Source: Endomicrobiales bacterium
Lineage (GTDB): Bacteria; Elusimicrobiota; Endomicrobiia; Endomicrobiales; CAWCFT01
Length of the DNA stretch: 64,000 nucleotides
Direction: 5' to 3'
Assembly (NCBI GenBank): GCA_963794945.1
Contig: CAWCFT010000004.1
Location: forward strand, 128,001 to 192,000
Below the pieces are notes generated by a model, which had not been told where the DNA came from, searched no databases, and worked only from the letters and a program-made list of their open reading frames with translations. A program made the position numbers and the translations under genes. Positions 20,028 to 31,244 of this stretch are shown here, piece after piece; within the stretch, counting starts at the first letter, position 1, and each line of letters starts with the position of its first letter.

Positions 20028-20534
20028 TTATTTTATTTTATCAAAAAGAGAAAACGCGAAAAACATTTCGCCTATCAGCATCACGCTGAAACTAAGTTTG
20101 AACAGCCTGAACTTGTCGTTCGCTATCCCTGCGTTGACAACTATCTGCCTGCACAGGTTCTCGTGATACCCATTGCCCCTTATCTTGCACTCCATCGACT
20201 TTTCCATGATATCAATATAGCCGTCAACGCTGTATTTCACAATGTCTCCGTAATAAAGCGTGTTATCGCTCTCCCCAGGCTTTGCGCTCACGCGGTTTAT
20301 GTGGTACAGCCAGGCTGTCAGCCGCGATTTTGGCAGGAACGACACTACGCACAGAAACACCGACGCACCCAGGAACACAAAGCTCGCTTCGAACCATAGA
20401 TTATAATGAACATTAATGAACCTCACGGCTGTCAGCTGAAGCCCGAGAAAGGTAAGGATATTTATATTTTTGCCTTCCGCGTACCGCACGAGTGAATCTA
20501 TAGTGTCAAATATTTTCCATAAAGCTTGTTCCAT
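20028..20534 (-). CDS. Pycsar effector-like (PycTM/DUF5706) membrane protein
   Basis: RYAEGKN, TM pair ending SFLP, NTLYYGDI, NLCRQIVVNAGIANDKF, C-terminal TM. Confidence 0.7.
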   Translation of the reverse strand: MEQALWKIFDTIDSLVRYAEGKNINILTFLGLQLTAVRFINVHYNLWFEASFVFLGASVFLCVVSFLPKSRLTAWLYHINRVSAKPGESDNTLYYGDIVKYSVDGYIDIMEKSMECKIRGNGYHENLCRQIVVNAGIANDKFRLFKLSFSVMLIGEMFFAFSLFDKIK

Positions 20535-20560
20535 CTAAAACCTCCCAAATAATATCAGAG

Positions 20561-20711
20561 AAATATCAAATATCAAATGTCAAAATTAAGGTTAACAGCT
20601 TGAATAATACAACCTTCCGCTTAAAAATAATTTCTACTTTATTACTTTGTTATTGAATCTATCTCTAAATTTTGATTTGTCATTTTGATTTTTGATTCTT
20701 GATATTTGATT
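20561..20711. repeat. heptamer-periodic inverted repeat spacer (TCAAAWA type)
   Basis: AAATATCAAATATCAAATGTCAAAAT ... ATTTTGATTTTTGATTCTTGATATTTGAT. Confidence 0.8.
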
Positions 20712-20769
20712 ATCTCAATATCTTGAACTCATCTTTCTTTTGGCATTACCAATATCAGAGTAAGGTGGC

Positions 20770-22351
20770 TTAATGAGTATGCACCTGATGCCCTTCACGC
20801 CCGTGCAGCAAACTGTTCTTGAAGCTGTAAGTAAAATATATCCCAAGCCCTATTATAAGCCAGAACCACGAACCTTATCCAAGTTATATTGGGCAAACCA
20901 GTCATCAGAAAAATGCAAGCAGCTACACCCAGAAGCGGGACTACAGGGCTGAAAGGAACTTTGAACGCTCTCTGGCGGCCCGGTTCCTTTACCCTTAGTA
21001 TTATAACTCCGAAGCACACAAGGACGAACGCGAAAAGAGTGCCTATATTTGTCAGGTCAACCATCTCTTCTATGTTCGTAAATGCCGCAACCGAGGCTAT
21101 GATAACGCCGGTAACAATGGTGGTCACGTGAGGCGTTTTGTGCACCGGGTGCACGCGCGCAAACACTGAAGGCAAGAGGCCATCGCGCGCCATTGAGAAA
21201 AATATCCTCGATTGCCCCATCTGGAGCACAAGCAGCACCGCTATCTGGGCGACTATTGAGCCGAACCCAACTACCACTCCCGCCCAGTTCATGTTGATGT
21301 AGCGCATAGCAAGCGCCAGCGGCTCAGCTTTCTCATGGGCCATAGAGTTTTTCAGGACATCGAAAGGTATAATCCCGGTAAAAACCGCTGCAACTAGCAT
21401 ATAAATTATCGTGCAGATTATAAGCGAGCCTATGATGCCGATAGGCATATCGCGCTTGGGGTTGCGGGTCTCTTCAGCCATTGTTGATACACAGTCAAAA
21501 CCGATATACGCGAAAAATACTACTGCCGCAGCCGCTTTTATACCAGGAAAGCCGTTCGGCGCGAAAGGCACCCAGTTAGATGCTTTGAAAAAATGGGCTC
21601 CGAGCGCCACAAAAAATCCAAGCACGAGCAATTTAATTGTTACAATGATAATATTAAAACGCGAGCTTTCTTTTATCCCTATAACAAGCAGCCATGTCAG
21701 GAACAACACTACTATGCTTGCCGGCAGGTTGCAGATGAACGGTATACCCATCACGTGCGGGGCGCTCTGGACAGCGTCCCAAGTGCGCTGAAGGCCCGGG
21801 TCAAGCTGCGCGAACGGCACACCCTTTGCCAGTAGCGCCGAAGCCTTTTGGAAACCCTGCATCGCGGTGCGGAAATCAAAGGTTGTCCATGGCGGTAAGT
21901 TGATGCCCATGCTGTGCAAAAGCCCCACAAAATAACCTGACCAGCTTATTGAAACGGCTATGCTGCCAACGCAGTATTCAAGCATCAGGTCCCATCCTAT
22001 TATCCAAGCTATAAGCTCGCCAAAGGTTGCGTAAGAGTACGTGTAGGCGCTGCCGGATATGGGTACAAGCGAAGCGAACTCCGCATAACAAAGAGCCGCA
22101 AATCCGCAGGCAACACCAGTTATGGCGAATGAAACCATCAGAGCCGGCCCAGCCCCGGGCCTGAGCGCGTCGCCAGCGGCGGCAGTCCCAACAGTGGCAA
22201 AAATCCCCGCGCCTATTATTACACCAACACCGAAAAGTATAAGCTCAACCGGCCCAAGGACTTTTTTAAGCTTGTGCCCGGGCTCTTGCCCTTCTGCCAG
22301 TATCATGTTGAGGTCTTTAAGCCTGAAAAGCTGTTTCGAGAGTTTGTTCAT
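20770..22351 (-). CDS. APC family amino acid permease (frameshift near 20865)
   Basis: GVIIGAGIF, YAEFAS..SGSAYTYSY, FAYIGFD, ARDGLLP; WLIIGLGIYFTYS in shifted frame. Confidence 0.92.
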
Positions 22352-22424
22352 ATAGCTCCCTTTGCGTATTACGCTTATGTTTCTTTAGTGTACACCTTGT
22401 ACGAGCACGCAAATTGTTGGCTTA

Positions 22425-25402
22425 TTATTTCACCAGCAGTATCTTAAATGTCTTCCTGTTGCCTTTACCATCCGACACATGTACTATGTAAGTTCCGGAA
22501 GACGCCTTTCCGCCGCCTTGTATTGTGCCATCCCATGGTGTCACAACACCGTTCGCATCTGCTTTAAGTGTTTGGACCAGGTTACCGGCAAGTGTGAATA
22601 TTTTAATATCTGCGTTTGGCGTAATACCGGCAAAATTTATCTTACCACCCAGCGAAAGATTCGCAAAAGAAGGATATGGATGAGCGTTGTCAAGTGTATT
22701 CTCACCCGTGCTCGTATTGCTGGCGGCTATTATTAATACAACCTTTTGGAGCTCAACACCGGCCGCATACGTTCCGGATGAGTTACACGCTTCAAACCAG
22801 TAGCTATATGTACCTGGATTAGGGATTACGTAGTTATATACATAGTCCATGCCTACAATGTAATTGACAGGCGTTTCAAGTGTAGTCATTGTAAACGGAC
22901 TTCCGGCTATTTCAACGCTGTTTGAATTGGATATATGCAGTTTGGGATAACCAGTTTTGGGAGCGCACGCCCGGGTCCGCGTAATGTATCCCGAAATTTA
23001 TTGAAGTTGTTACTGTGCCGGAAGACTGCTTTGAGCCGTTCACAAAACCCGCCTCCCAGCTTAAAGTCGGCGGGCTGATCGCTGCAACAACATTGTTAGC
23101 CAGAGCAAAATTGACAGTGGTTGTTTGTCCGAACGCTACCGCCTGCCCCGATTTTGTCTGTGTAACGTAGCCTGTTGAAGACACGGTTACGCTGTAAACC
23201 CCTGTGGCAACCTGCATTGAATAATTGCCTGAATTGTTTGATATTGCCTGCACTGTAGTCGTGCCACTTTGAAGCGCCAGAACTATCGCCCCGGTAAGCG
23301 CCGTTATACCATCTGATTTGGTTATTTGGCCTAAAATTGTCCCGGTATTTGCCGGCTGTGCAGCAAGCGCGAAATTAACCGTTGTTGTTTGCCCGGTTGC
23401 TATTATCTGCCCGGATTGCATTTGGGTAATGTAACCTGTTGATGACGCGGTTACGTTGTAAGTTCCCGTGACAACCTGCATTGAATAGTTGCCTGAATTG
23501 TTTGATATTGCCTGCACTGCCGTTGTTGTGCCGCTCTGAAGCGCCTGTATGATAGCGCCCTGAATAGAAGTTATGCCGTCCGTTTGCGTAACTTTGCCCG
23601 CAATTATGCCGGTGGAAGGCACTACAACTGGCGCGGAATTTACCATGAAGCCGTTTGTAAGCGTTGCCGAAACTGCTCCTCCTGCGCCTGTAGAAACAAT
23701 CACATCCCAATAACCCGTAGCAAGCCCTGTTAAATTAATCGTACACGTTATCTGGCTGGAACTTACAACTACAGCGTTACTGGCCGTTATCGAGCTTTGG
23801 CCCAATTTTGCCAATTGAACTGTTGAACCGTTCACAAACCCGCTCCCAGATAGATTATTTATTGATGTCGGCCCAGAATTTATCCCGCTGTTCGGCGTTA
23901 CTGATGTCACTGTTGGAATGGTTGTGTATGCTTTCAGGCATACGTTTGTGTTTGAATATAGAGTTGTAATATCTGTCCATGAAGTACCGTTACTGCTAAC
24001 GTAACTCTGCCCCGCGGAAGCGGTTGCCTGGCTGCTATAGCTTGAAATAGGGTTTTCTATGGCAATCGGGTAATTATAACCCGGAGTTGTTACTTCTGCA
24101 ACGATACAAAATTTTTGACCGGGAATAATAGGAAGCAGGGAATTCAGTTGAATCGTGTGGTATCCGGCTACAGGCATTGTACCTGTTCTGGCTTGCCAAT
24201 AGCCCTGTAAATGAAGCGCCGTTAAAACCGCTATAAATATTTATTGTGTAACTTGTATTCACGCTTAAGGCGTAAAAACCTATGGCGTTCAATTCTTCAT
24301 TAGCGCTAGCGGTAAAAATATTGGCAAACCACGCGGTGTTGCTAGAATAGCCAAGAGAGGTGGTCATGCCAAGCGGGTCATACTGGTAAACATTATGATG
24401 GTTTCCTGTCGATTCGGCGTCATCAAAAACTGTAAGGTCAGTGGCTATATCAGAATCATAATAGGAAATATAAAAATACCCGCCGTCGCCCCAATCTGTT
24501 CCCCAGCTGTTCCGAATTATAAACGCGCCGTTTCCAGGTGGTGTGATAGAAAAATTGCTCGCCGGATAATTGTCATTCCAGCCGACTATTGCAACAGCAT
24601 GATTAGTAGTAGTCGTAGTTGACCCGTTAAAATAATAAGATGTTGTATTCAAGTTGAGGTAGCCGTCACTGGTATCTTCATCCATGTACATAGATGTCAT
24701 GACGGCGCCGTAGCTTGTGACCATTCCTTTTATATTGTCATTGTCAGTTGAACTGCTTCTATCCGGCAGAAAAAGCGCTTCCTGAATATGCTTTTGAACC
24801 GGTAGCCCCGATGAAGACGAAGACCAACCTGCCGCGTCGCTTGGATAGTGGTCATCTGATTCATTTACGGGCCCGATCCACCTCGCGAGATATGCCGTTG
24901 ACATCAAATAATTGCCGCCGCCGGACTCTCCAAGGTCATACCCGGTTAAATTTACAAGGTTTTTTTCTGAAAAATCCCAGGTTTGGGCGGGCAAAAGACA
25001 GGATTCCATTGAACCATATGTGGCAAAAGACCAGCAGGTGTTATATTGGCCTTGATCCTTCACAACTGTAAGTTTTCCCTGTGAGCGAAGATCATATGAT
25101 GCAGGGTAAGGCGACTGACCCACTACCGGCCCAGCCAGGCCTTGAACCGCCGTAACCTGCTTTACAACCTTTTGGCCTTTCATATGAGAACGGTCGAACG
25201 GAGCGGGAACCAATCCCAAAGAGTGCCTTTTTCTTTTTTGTTTTCGCGCTTTGACGTTCTGCTGGTTCTGGATATAATCCTGAAAATCCGGCTTGACTGG
25301 GGCAAGGCTAGGGCTGGCATACGCGAACGCGAATAGCCCACCAAGAAAGATAAAAATGAGAAACGAAATTCCTGTCTTTATGTTATAATCAAGATTTTTC
25401 AT
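22425..25402 (-). CDS. secreted papain-like C1A protease with lectin-like, IPT/TIG, two carboxypeptidase-regulatory-like domains and a T9SS/FlgD-like C-terminal domain (two frameshifts)
   Basis: DQGQYNTCWSF, NHAVAIVGW, RNSWG, YQYDPLG; ORFs 24074-25426, 22912-24177 and 22425-22889 join across frameshifts. Confidence 0.85.
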
Positions 25403-25547
25403 AATATATCCAATAAAAAACCACACCGCGCGTTACACACAATGTGGTTCAACAATCCAAACAGGTCTTCATTTTAATGGTTCTATACAACTCCATGTGG
25501 AGATTCTATCTATTTTTGACTGGTTTTTCAAGAAAAATATCGAACTG

Positions 25548-26841
25548 TCACTTATGCGTAAAGGCATCCATTATTGGCTGGACTATCAGGGCTAAGGTCA
25601 TCCCAATAAGCACGACTGTAGTAGTCCAACCAACTGCGTTCTGAAAACTGTTATTGATATATTCTCCCATTATCTTCTTGTTATTCACCATTAATATCAT
25701 TGATATTATAACCACGGGCAACAATATCGCGTTAAGCACCTGCGACCATATTGTGATGCTTATTAGCGGGCGCCCCGGGCGTGAGAATTATAAGAACGGC
25801 CACCAAAATGATAAACGTGAACAGCGTGTAGAACTGCGGCGCCTCGTTCATTTTTTTGTTTATTCCGGCCTCAAAACCGAATGCCTCGCACACATAGAAA
25901 GCCGTCGCGATCGGGAGGATGGCCGCCGAAAATATTGAAGCCACAAACAGGCCGAAAGCGAAAAGCTGGGACGCGAATATGCCGGCGAAGGGTTTTAGCG
26001 CCATGGCCGCGTCTTTCGCTTCGTTTATGGTTATGTTGTTGACGTTAAGTGTAGCGGCGCAGGCTATAATTATGAAGAAAGCCACAACTATGGTCGCTAT
26101 ACACCCTATCATGACATCCCAGAAAACATACTTGTAATCTTCTATCTTCACACCTTTTTCAATGACAGCCGACTGCATGTAAAACTGCATCCATGGCGCG
26201 ACCGTGGTGCCTACAATGCCGAGCACCATAGTTAGATAATCCGCGTTCATGTGCAGGTCCGGCGCCATAAGCGACTGGGTAACCTTTGTCCAGTCGGGTT
26301 TAGCTAATATAGCTGAAACAATATAGGAAAGAAGGCAAAAACTGAAGAAGAGGAATATCCTTTCAGAGATCTTGTAATCGCCTTTTACTACGAGTATCCA
26401 TACGACCGCCGCTGTCAGCGGCACAGATATATATTTACTGACACCGAATATCATAAGGCTTCCTGCGACACCCGCAAATTCGGTAGCTGTGTTGCCTATA
26501 TCGGCCGTGACTAGCCCTAGAAAAATAAAGAACGTTATCTTTACGCCGAAATTCTCCCTTATAAGGTCCGCAAGGCCTTTACCGGTAACTATACCCATCC
26601 TCGCGTTCATCTCCTGCACAACCAGAAGGATAACAAACGATGGGATAAGGGTCCATAGCAGCTTGTAGCCGTATATAGCGCCGGCCACTGAATATGTCGT
26701 TATGCCGCCGGCATCGTTATCAACGCTGCCTGTTATTATTCCGGGCCCGAGCACGGCGAGGAAGATCAGTATGTTCCTGACCATTGGCGATTCCTTTATT
26801 TTGGTGAAAAGGCTCACGTTCACATGTCCGTTGTTTTCCAT
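25548..26841 (-). CDS. NRAMP-family divalent metal (probably Mg2+) transporter (frameshift near 25770)
   Basis: GPGIITGSVDNDAGGITTYS, QEMNARMG, GTTVAPW. Confidence 0.9.
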
Positions 26842-26843
26842 TA

Positions 26844-28130
26844 TTATCTCTCTATTTCTTCTTTAGTTATCGGAAAGACGGCCTCGAGGGCGTCTTTTAT
26901 TGTTATTATGCCCTGCATTTTGTTCTGCTTGTCAACCACGGGTACTACGGTGAAATCATATTTATAGAACACCTTGGCGACATCACGGACATCGGTTTCT
27001 GCGCGTACGCGGGCGGGGCGTTTTCGCATGAACTCCATAACCGGCCTTTCCGGAGGGGCCATCAAGAGCTGCCTGAGAGTTACAGCGCCGGCAAGGGTGT
27101 CATTATCATCTGCCACGTAGATATAATAAATGCTTTCCTTGTCTTTAAATTCGGTTGTTATCTTTTGAAGGATCTCTCCGGCCGTTAACGCCTGTTTAAC
27201 CATCACGAACTCGACGTTCATTATGCTTCCGGCCATCCTGTTTGTCATTGCCATGAGGCCTTTTATCTGTTTTGATCTATCTTTCGGCAGGAGCGCCAGT
27301 GTAGAGTTAATCTTCTTTCTGGGGAAATGGCAGATGAGGTCGACAGCCTCGTCAACCGGCATTTCGCTCATTATCGCGGAAAGTTTTTCCTGGTCCAGCA
27401 GTTCTGCGGTTTGTATACGCATCTTCGAGCGGAGCTCTTTAAGCGTGTCGGCGGATGTCTCGTTGTCGAGGGTCTTTAATATGGAAAGCCTCTCGTCAGT
27501 ACCGAGGTCAGTAAGGATATCTGCAAGGTCTGCGGGATGTAGTTCGGTAAGCTTCGTTTTCGGGCCTTTGAGCGAAAGATGGCCTCCGCCTTTGTCGGCG
27601 TTGATCGGCTGGACGTATTTCCAGGATATAAGCCTGTCTTTCATCTCGTACGAGAAAAGCCATTTAATCATCGGCTCGAACCACCTGGACCAACCCAGCC
27701 TGCGTATCAGCCCTTTGAACCCTACATCAACGTGCACTACCCAGAGGTTAGGCTCTTCCCTTAACAGGTGGAGGTCGTTGACCCTCACGACTTTCGAGCC
27801 GGAAATATCCACAATCTGCCTATCCCAGAATGTTTCCTTGAGCAATATCTCGTTATCGGACAAATGCACACCGTGGGCCGCATCCTCCATCGAGATCTCG
27901 ATCAGGAAAGCCTTTTCCCCATCAAGTTTTTTTACGCATTTAAACGGTACGGTGGCCAACCCGCCGCCGGAACTCTTCTTTATTATAAGAGCGCTTACTT
28001 TCGGGTACATCTCACGCATGTTCGCCGCAATATCAAATATCTTGCCAGCTTTCTTGCCGGTAGCGGTATCTACAACGGCAACACCTACTATATTAGACAT
28101 ATATATGAAATTCCGGTAAAGACTGTTCAT
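26844..28130 (-). CDS. PRC-barrel / MgtE intracellular N / CBS domain protein
   Basis: VVRVNDL, LHPADLADIL, AGSIM, CBS pair; no TM domain. Confidence 0.85.
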   Translation of the reverse strand: MNSLYRNFIYMSNIVGVAVVDTATGKKAGKIFDIAANMREMYPKVSALIIKKSSGGGLATVPFKCVKKLDGEKAFLIEISMEDAAHGVHLSDNEILLKETFWDRQIVDISGSKVVRVNDLHLLREEPNLWVVHVDVGFKGLIRRLGWSRWFEPMIKWLFSYEMKDRLISWKYVQPINADKGGGHLSLKGPKTKLTELHPADLADILTDLGTDERLSILKTLDNETSADTLKELRSKMRIQTAELLDQEKLSAIMSEMPVDEAVDLICHFPRKKINSTLALLPKDRSKQIKGLMAMTNRMAGSIMNVEFVMVKQALTAGEILQKITTEFKDKESIYYIYVADDNDTLAGAVTLRQLLMAPPERPVMEFMRKRPARVRAETDVRDVAKVFYKYDFTVVPVVDKQNKMQGIITIKDALEAVFPITKEEIER

Positions 28131-28301
28131 ATTTAATCCGTCAGCCTAAATAATTAATCTCCAGCACGGCCTTAAGTAAAGCTTAATACGCCGTATAATT
28201 TTTGCAACAAAATATTCTTCGATTTGATTCAGGCTATTGATGGCTTTTCAACGGGCCCCGGGTTATCTTTTAGGGTTTTTACTTAGCAAGGAGGACTTTC
28301 T

Positions 28302-28808
28302 TTATCTTTGCAGCTTAACGTTCTCCTGTGATATCAGCCGGCGCACAACTTCGCACGTCGCTTCGGCGCTTTGCAGGGTCAGGTCCTGCAGTTCAGCGGT
28401 TTCCTGTCCGGCATCGTCCAGCCTTTTCTTTAGCGTTTCAAAAACAGCAAATATATTTTCTTTGACGGCAGCAGGATCTATTCTTCCGTCCGGGCTCATC
28501 TGGCCTATCAGCCTCGAGACCCTCTGCTGCGAGACATTTATGCCCGGATGCAAGTTATCAAGCACTGCCTTGAACCTTTGGAAATCCTGGTCTGTGATAT
28601 AATTTTCGGCTTCCGCCAACGTGTTTTGTTTGACTTTTTTGAGCTTTATGCTTTTCTGCAGCAGCACGCAGTCTTTCAAAACACCGTTTACTGCCGACAT
28701 CTGCTCGAGGTCGTTTATTGACGCCCCTCCAGTCACTATCTTCTCGATATAGTTTACCAGGCTGGACAGCTGAACAATAAGCGATTTTGCCGAAGTGGAT
28801 TCCTGCAT
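28302..28808 (-). CDS. hypothetical helical protein
   Basis: ORF with GGAG RBS, co-oriented in operon. Confidence 0.6.
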   Translation of the reverse strand: MQESTSAKSLIVQLSSLVNYIEKIVTGGASINDLEQMSAVNGVLKDCVLLQKSIKLKKVKQNTLAEAENYITDQDFQRFKAVLDNLHPGINVSQQRVSRLIGQMSPDGRIDPAAVKENIFAVFETLKKRLDDAGQETAELQDLTLQSAEATCEVVRRLISQENVKLQR

Positions 28809-28816
28809 TTTGCTCC

Positions 28817-29080
28817 CTACCGTGACATAGCTATGATCCCGACCACAAGCGCCGATACAGAGACCAGCAGCGTCACAAGCATTCCTACGATCAATACCCT
28901 CAAACCTTTGTATACGGAACCTATTTCGCCGTCAAGCGCTTTTACTTTCGACTTAAGCTCATTTATCTCTTTCTGTTCCTGCTCGAGGCCGCTGTTTCCT
29001 CTTACTTTGAAAACGATATCCACCAGCAACGGGACCACCTGAGTAAAAGCCTTCCACGGAACCAACCCGAATAGACCCAT
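28817..29080 (-). CDS. small coiled-coil membrane protein
   Basis: GGAGG RBS before MGLFG; C-terminal TM. Confidence 0.6.
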   Translation of the reverse strand: MGLFGLVPWKAFTQVVPLLVDIVFKVRGNSGLEQEQKEINELKSKVKALDGEIGSVYKGLRVLIVGMLVTLLVSVSALVVGIIAMSR

Positions 29081-29186
29081 GTTCCCCTCCACTTGATACA
29101 ATATCAAAAATCTAAGCTTAAATATCAAATATTATTCCGTTAGATAATACAATAATATAAAATAAATTTCAATTTTTTCTTAAAGC

Positions 29187-29938
29187 TTACTCGATCTCAA
29201 CGGCCGCCTTTTCGTCGAAAGGGTTCTTTCTCATCGCGAGAGAAAACAGGTACGGGTAATTGTTCTTCAGGTGCTCCATGTATTCCAGCCACTGCCTGGC
29301 AAGGAGCGAGTAAACCCTTCTAGCGTCCCCCGCGATGTGGGTAAGGTCGTTTTCTGCAAGAGGCGATATTACCATCCTTGAAGCCAGCTCTTCTATTAGA
29401 TGGAAATAGGCAAGCAGGAGCTCGGTAAAAGACTCGTGCTCAAGCAGGTTAGGGTTTTCCATGAGCCTGAGGAGAAATTCCCGCTTTGACATCACAAAAC
29501 CCTTCAAACGGAGTATATCGAGTTTTTTTCGATCGATATCAAAGGGGTAAGACATCAACTCTTGTGTAAGCCTCGTAAAATCTTTTTCAGTCCAGGTACC
29601 TTTTACTATAAATTTTTCTTTAATACTTTCGATATTAGGGTCCGCATCCGATAAATACTCAAGAAGCCACCGCCAGCCTCGCTAAAGAAACTTCCTATTA
29701 CCATATTCAGTTTTTCAAGGCGCGAGCGTTTTTCCCGGTAAGTTAAAAGCCTATGAAGAACAAGCGTTACAATAAGCGCTTCAATTGGCAGAAAAGCTAT
29801 GTTGCCTACTAGATAGTTAGCTGTCTGAATTATATTTCCGAATATCAGCCAGTGCATCAAATATATAACGGCCGACAATATTATAAGAATCGATGCCAGG
29901 CCTAGCTCAAAATTGAAAATGTTTTTGGCGCGTTTCAT
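29187..29938 (-). CDS. conserved hypothetical membrane protein (frameshift near 29670)
   Basis: RLEKLNMVIGSFFSE and ENPNLLEHESFTELL..YPYLFSLA..NPF in two frames. Confidence 0.75.
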
Positions 29939-30678
29939 TTCATATTTCCTTGCGGTTTTGTGCTGGCCAGGTACATGAGGATCCCAGCGCTGACGGAAGC
30001 GTTGAGCGACTCCATGTCAACGCCTATAGGAATGCTTATGCTTGCCTTTGCCGATCGCCTTACCTCGTCAGAAAGGCCCGCCCCTTCGTTACCGATGCAC
30101 AACAGAAAACCTTTTGGCCACTCGAAGCCGCTGACGTCCCGTCCGCTGCGGTCCGCCGCTATAACAGTGAAAGGCGCCAGCTCTTCTATAGTCTCGATCT
30201 TTATAACATCCACTTTCCACAGCGAACCTGCCGCCGCCCTCGCCGCCTTGGGCGAGAAGGTGTCAACACAACCCGGGGTGATCACAACACCTTTAAACCC
30301 CAGGGCGCACGCCGTCCTTATTATAGTACCCATGTTGCCGGGGTCCTGGATCTTGTCAAGAAGTACATACCTTGCGCCGGGCAGTATGCTGGCGGGCGCG
30401 AGCAGGTTCATCTTAGCAACGGCTATAACACCCTGGCTGTTTTCAGTGGCAGAGATCGTTTCAAATACATCCTTTCTCACGCTGTAGGCGAGAGTGCTTT
30501 TTATTTCGGGAGGCTTAGCGTCTTCGCGGATGTAGAGTTCGACGATGCCATTTATTCCATCCAGCGCCCTTACGCCTTCGACAACGAACCTTTTCTGGTC
30601 ATAGCGGTAGGCTTTATCGGCCAGGAGCTTCTTTAAATGCTTTATCCTGTCATTGGTTTTCGAAGTTATTTCGATCAT
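29935..30678 (-). CDS. TrmH/SpoU family RNA methyltransferase
   Basis: QDPGNMGTIIRTA, GNEGAG, ESLNASV. Confidence 0.9.
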   Translation of the reverse strand: MIEITSKTNDRIKHLKKLLADKAYRYDQKRFVVEGVRALDGINGIVELYIREDAKPPEIKSTLAYSVRKDVFETISATENSQGVIAVAKMNLLAPASILPGARYVLLDKIQDPGNMGTIIRTACALGFKGVVITPGCVDTFSPKAARAAAGSLWKVDVIKIETIEELAPFTVIAADRSGRDVSGFEWPKGFLLCIGNEGAGLSDEVRRSAKASISIPIGVDMESLNASVSAGILMYLASTKPQGNMK

Positions 30679-30725
30679 TGAGGTTAATGTTACCAAACTA
30701 CGCCACATAAATCAAACAGTCGTTC

Positions 30726-30827
30726 GGGATGAACTTCAAAAAGACGGGAGGCATCGCAGCCGCCCTTGACTTTGAGTTCGGCAGAAAGCAAAGGCCGAAC
30801 TCAAAACACTTTTTTGAAATTCATCCC
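30726..30827. mobile_element. MITE-like element with about 18-bp TIRs and internal hairpin
   Basis: GGGATGAACTTCAAAAAG ... TTTTTGAAATTCATCCC; inner TTTGAGTTCGGC/GCCGAACTCAAA. Confidence 0.6.
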
Positions 30828-30910
30828 TCACTCTGCGGGAAATCCCCTCGTTCCTCATCAGCCGGAACTCGGGGATTAAGGATGGATCTAAAATATGATA
30901 TAATTCTTTT

Positions 30911-31213
30911 ATGAAATACTGCCACAAATGTTTAACTGAATGGGAAGGGATTGGGCAGCCGGGGATGAGGGATGTATGCCACAAGTGCAGAGCCGACCTT
31001 CACGCCTGCTTTAACTGCAAACATTATGATACTTCCAAATCAAACCAGTGTTATGCCAACATTGAAGAGCCAGTTATCTATAAGGATCGGTCGAACTTTT
31101 GTGAAGAATTTACTTTCTTTGAGAGAAAATCGCCGCCAAAGAACTCATCGGGGCTGGATCCTGTCCGGGCGCGAGAAGCCTTCGATAACATTTTTAATAA
31201 AAAGTTTACTTAG
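30911..31213 (+). CDS. Cys-rich putative zinc-binding protein
   Basis: CHKC, CHKC, CFNC, C, NFC; C-terminal AREAFDNIF. Confidence 0.7.
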   Translation: MKYCHKCLTEWEGIGQPGMRDVCHKCRADLHACFNCKHYDTSKSNQCYANIEEPVIYKDRSNFCEEFTFFERKSPPKNSSGLDPVRAREAFDNIFNKKFT

Positions 31214-31244
31214 ATTTGACAAATAATGCACATGGAGACAAGCA

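Noticed and set aside
28131..28301. M-box or yybP riboswitch upstream of the Mg transport pair
   Set aside because: No recognisable conserved core on the minus strand.
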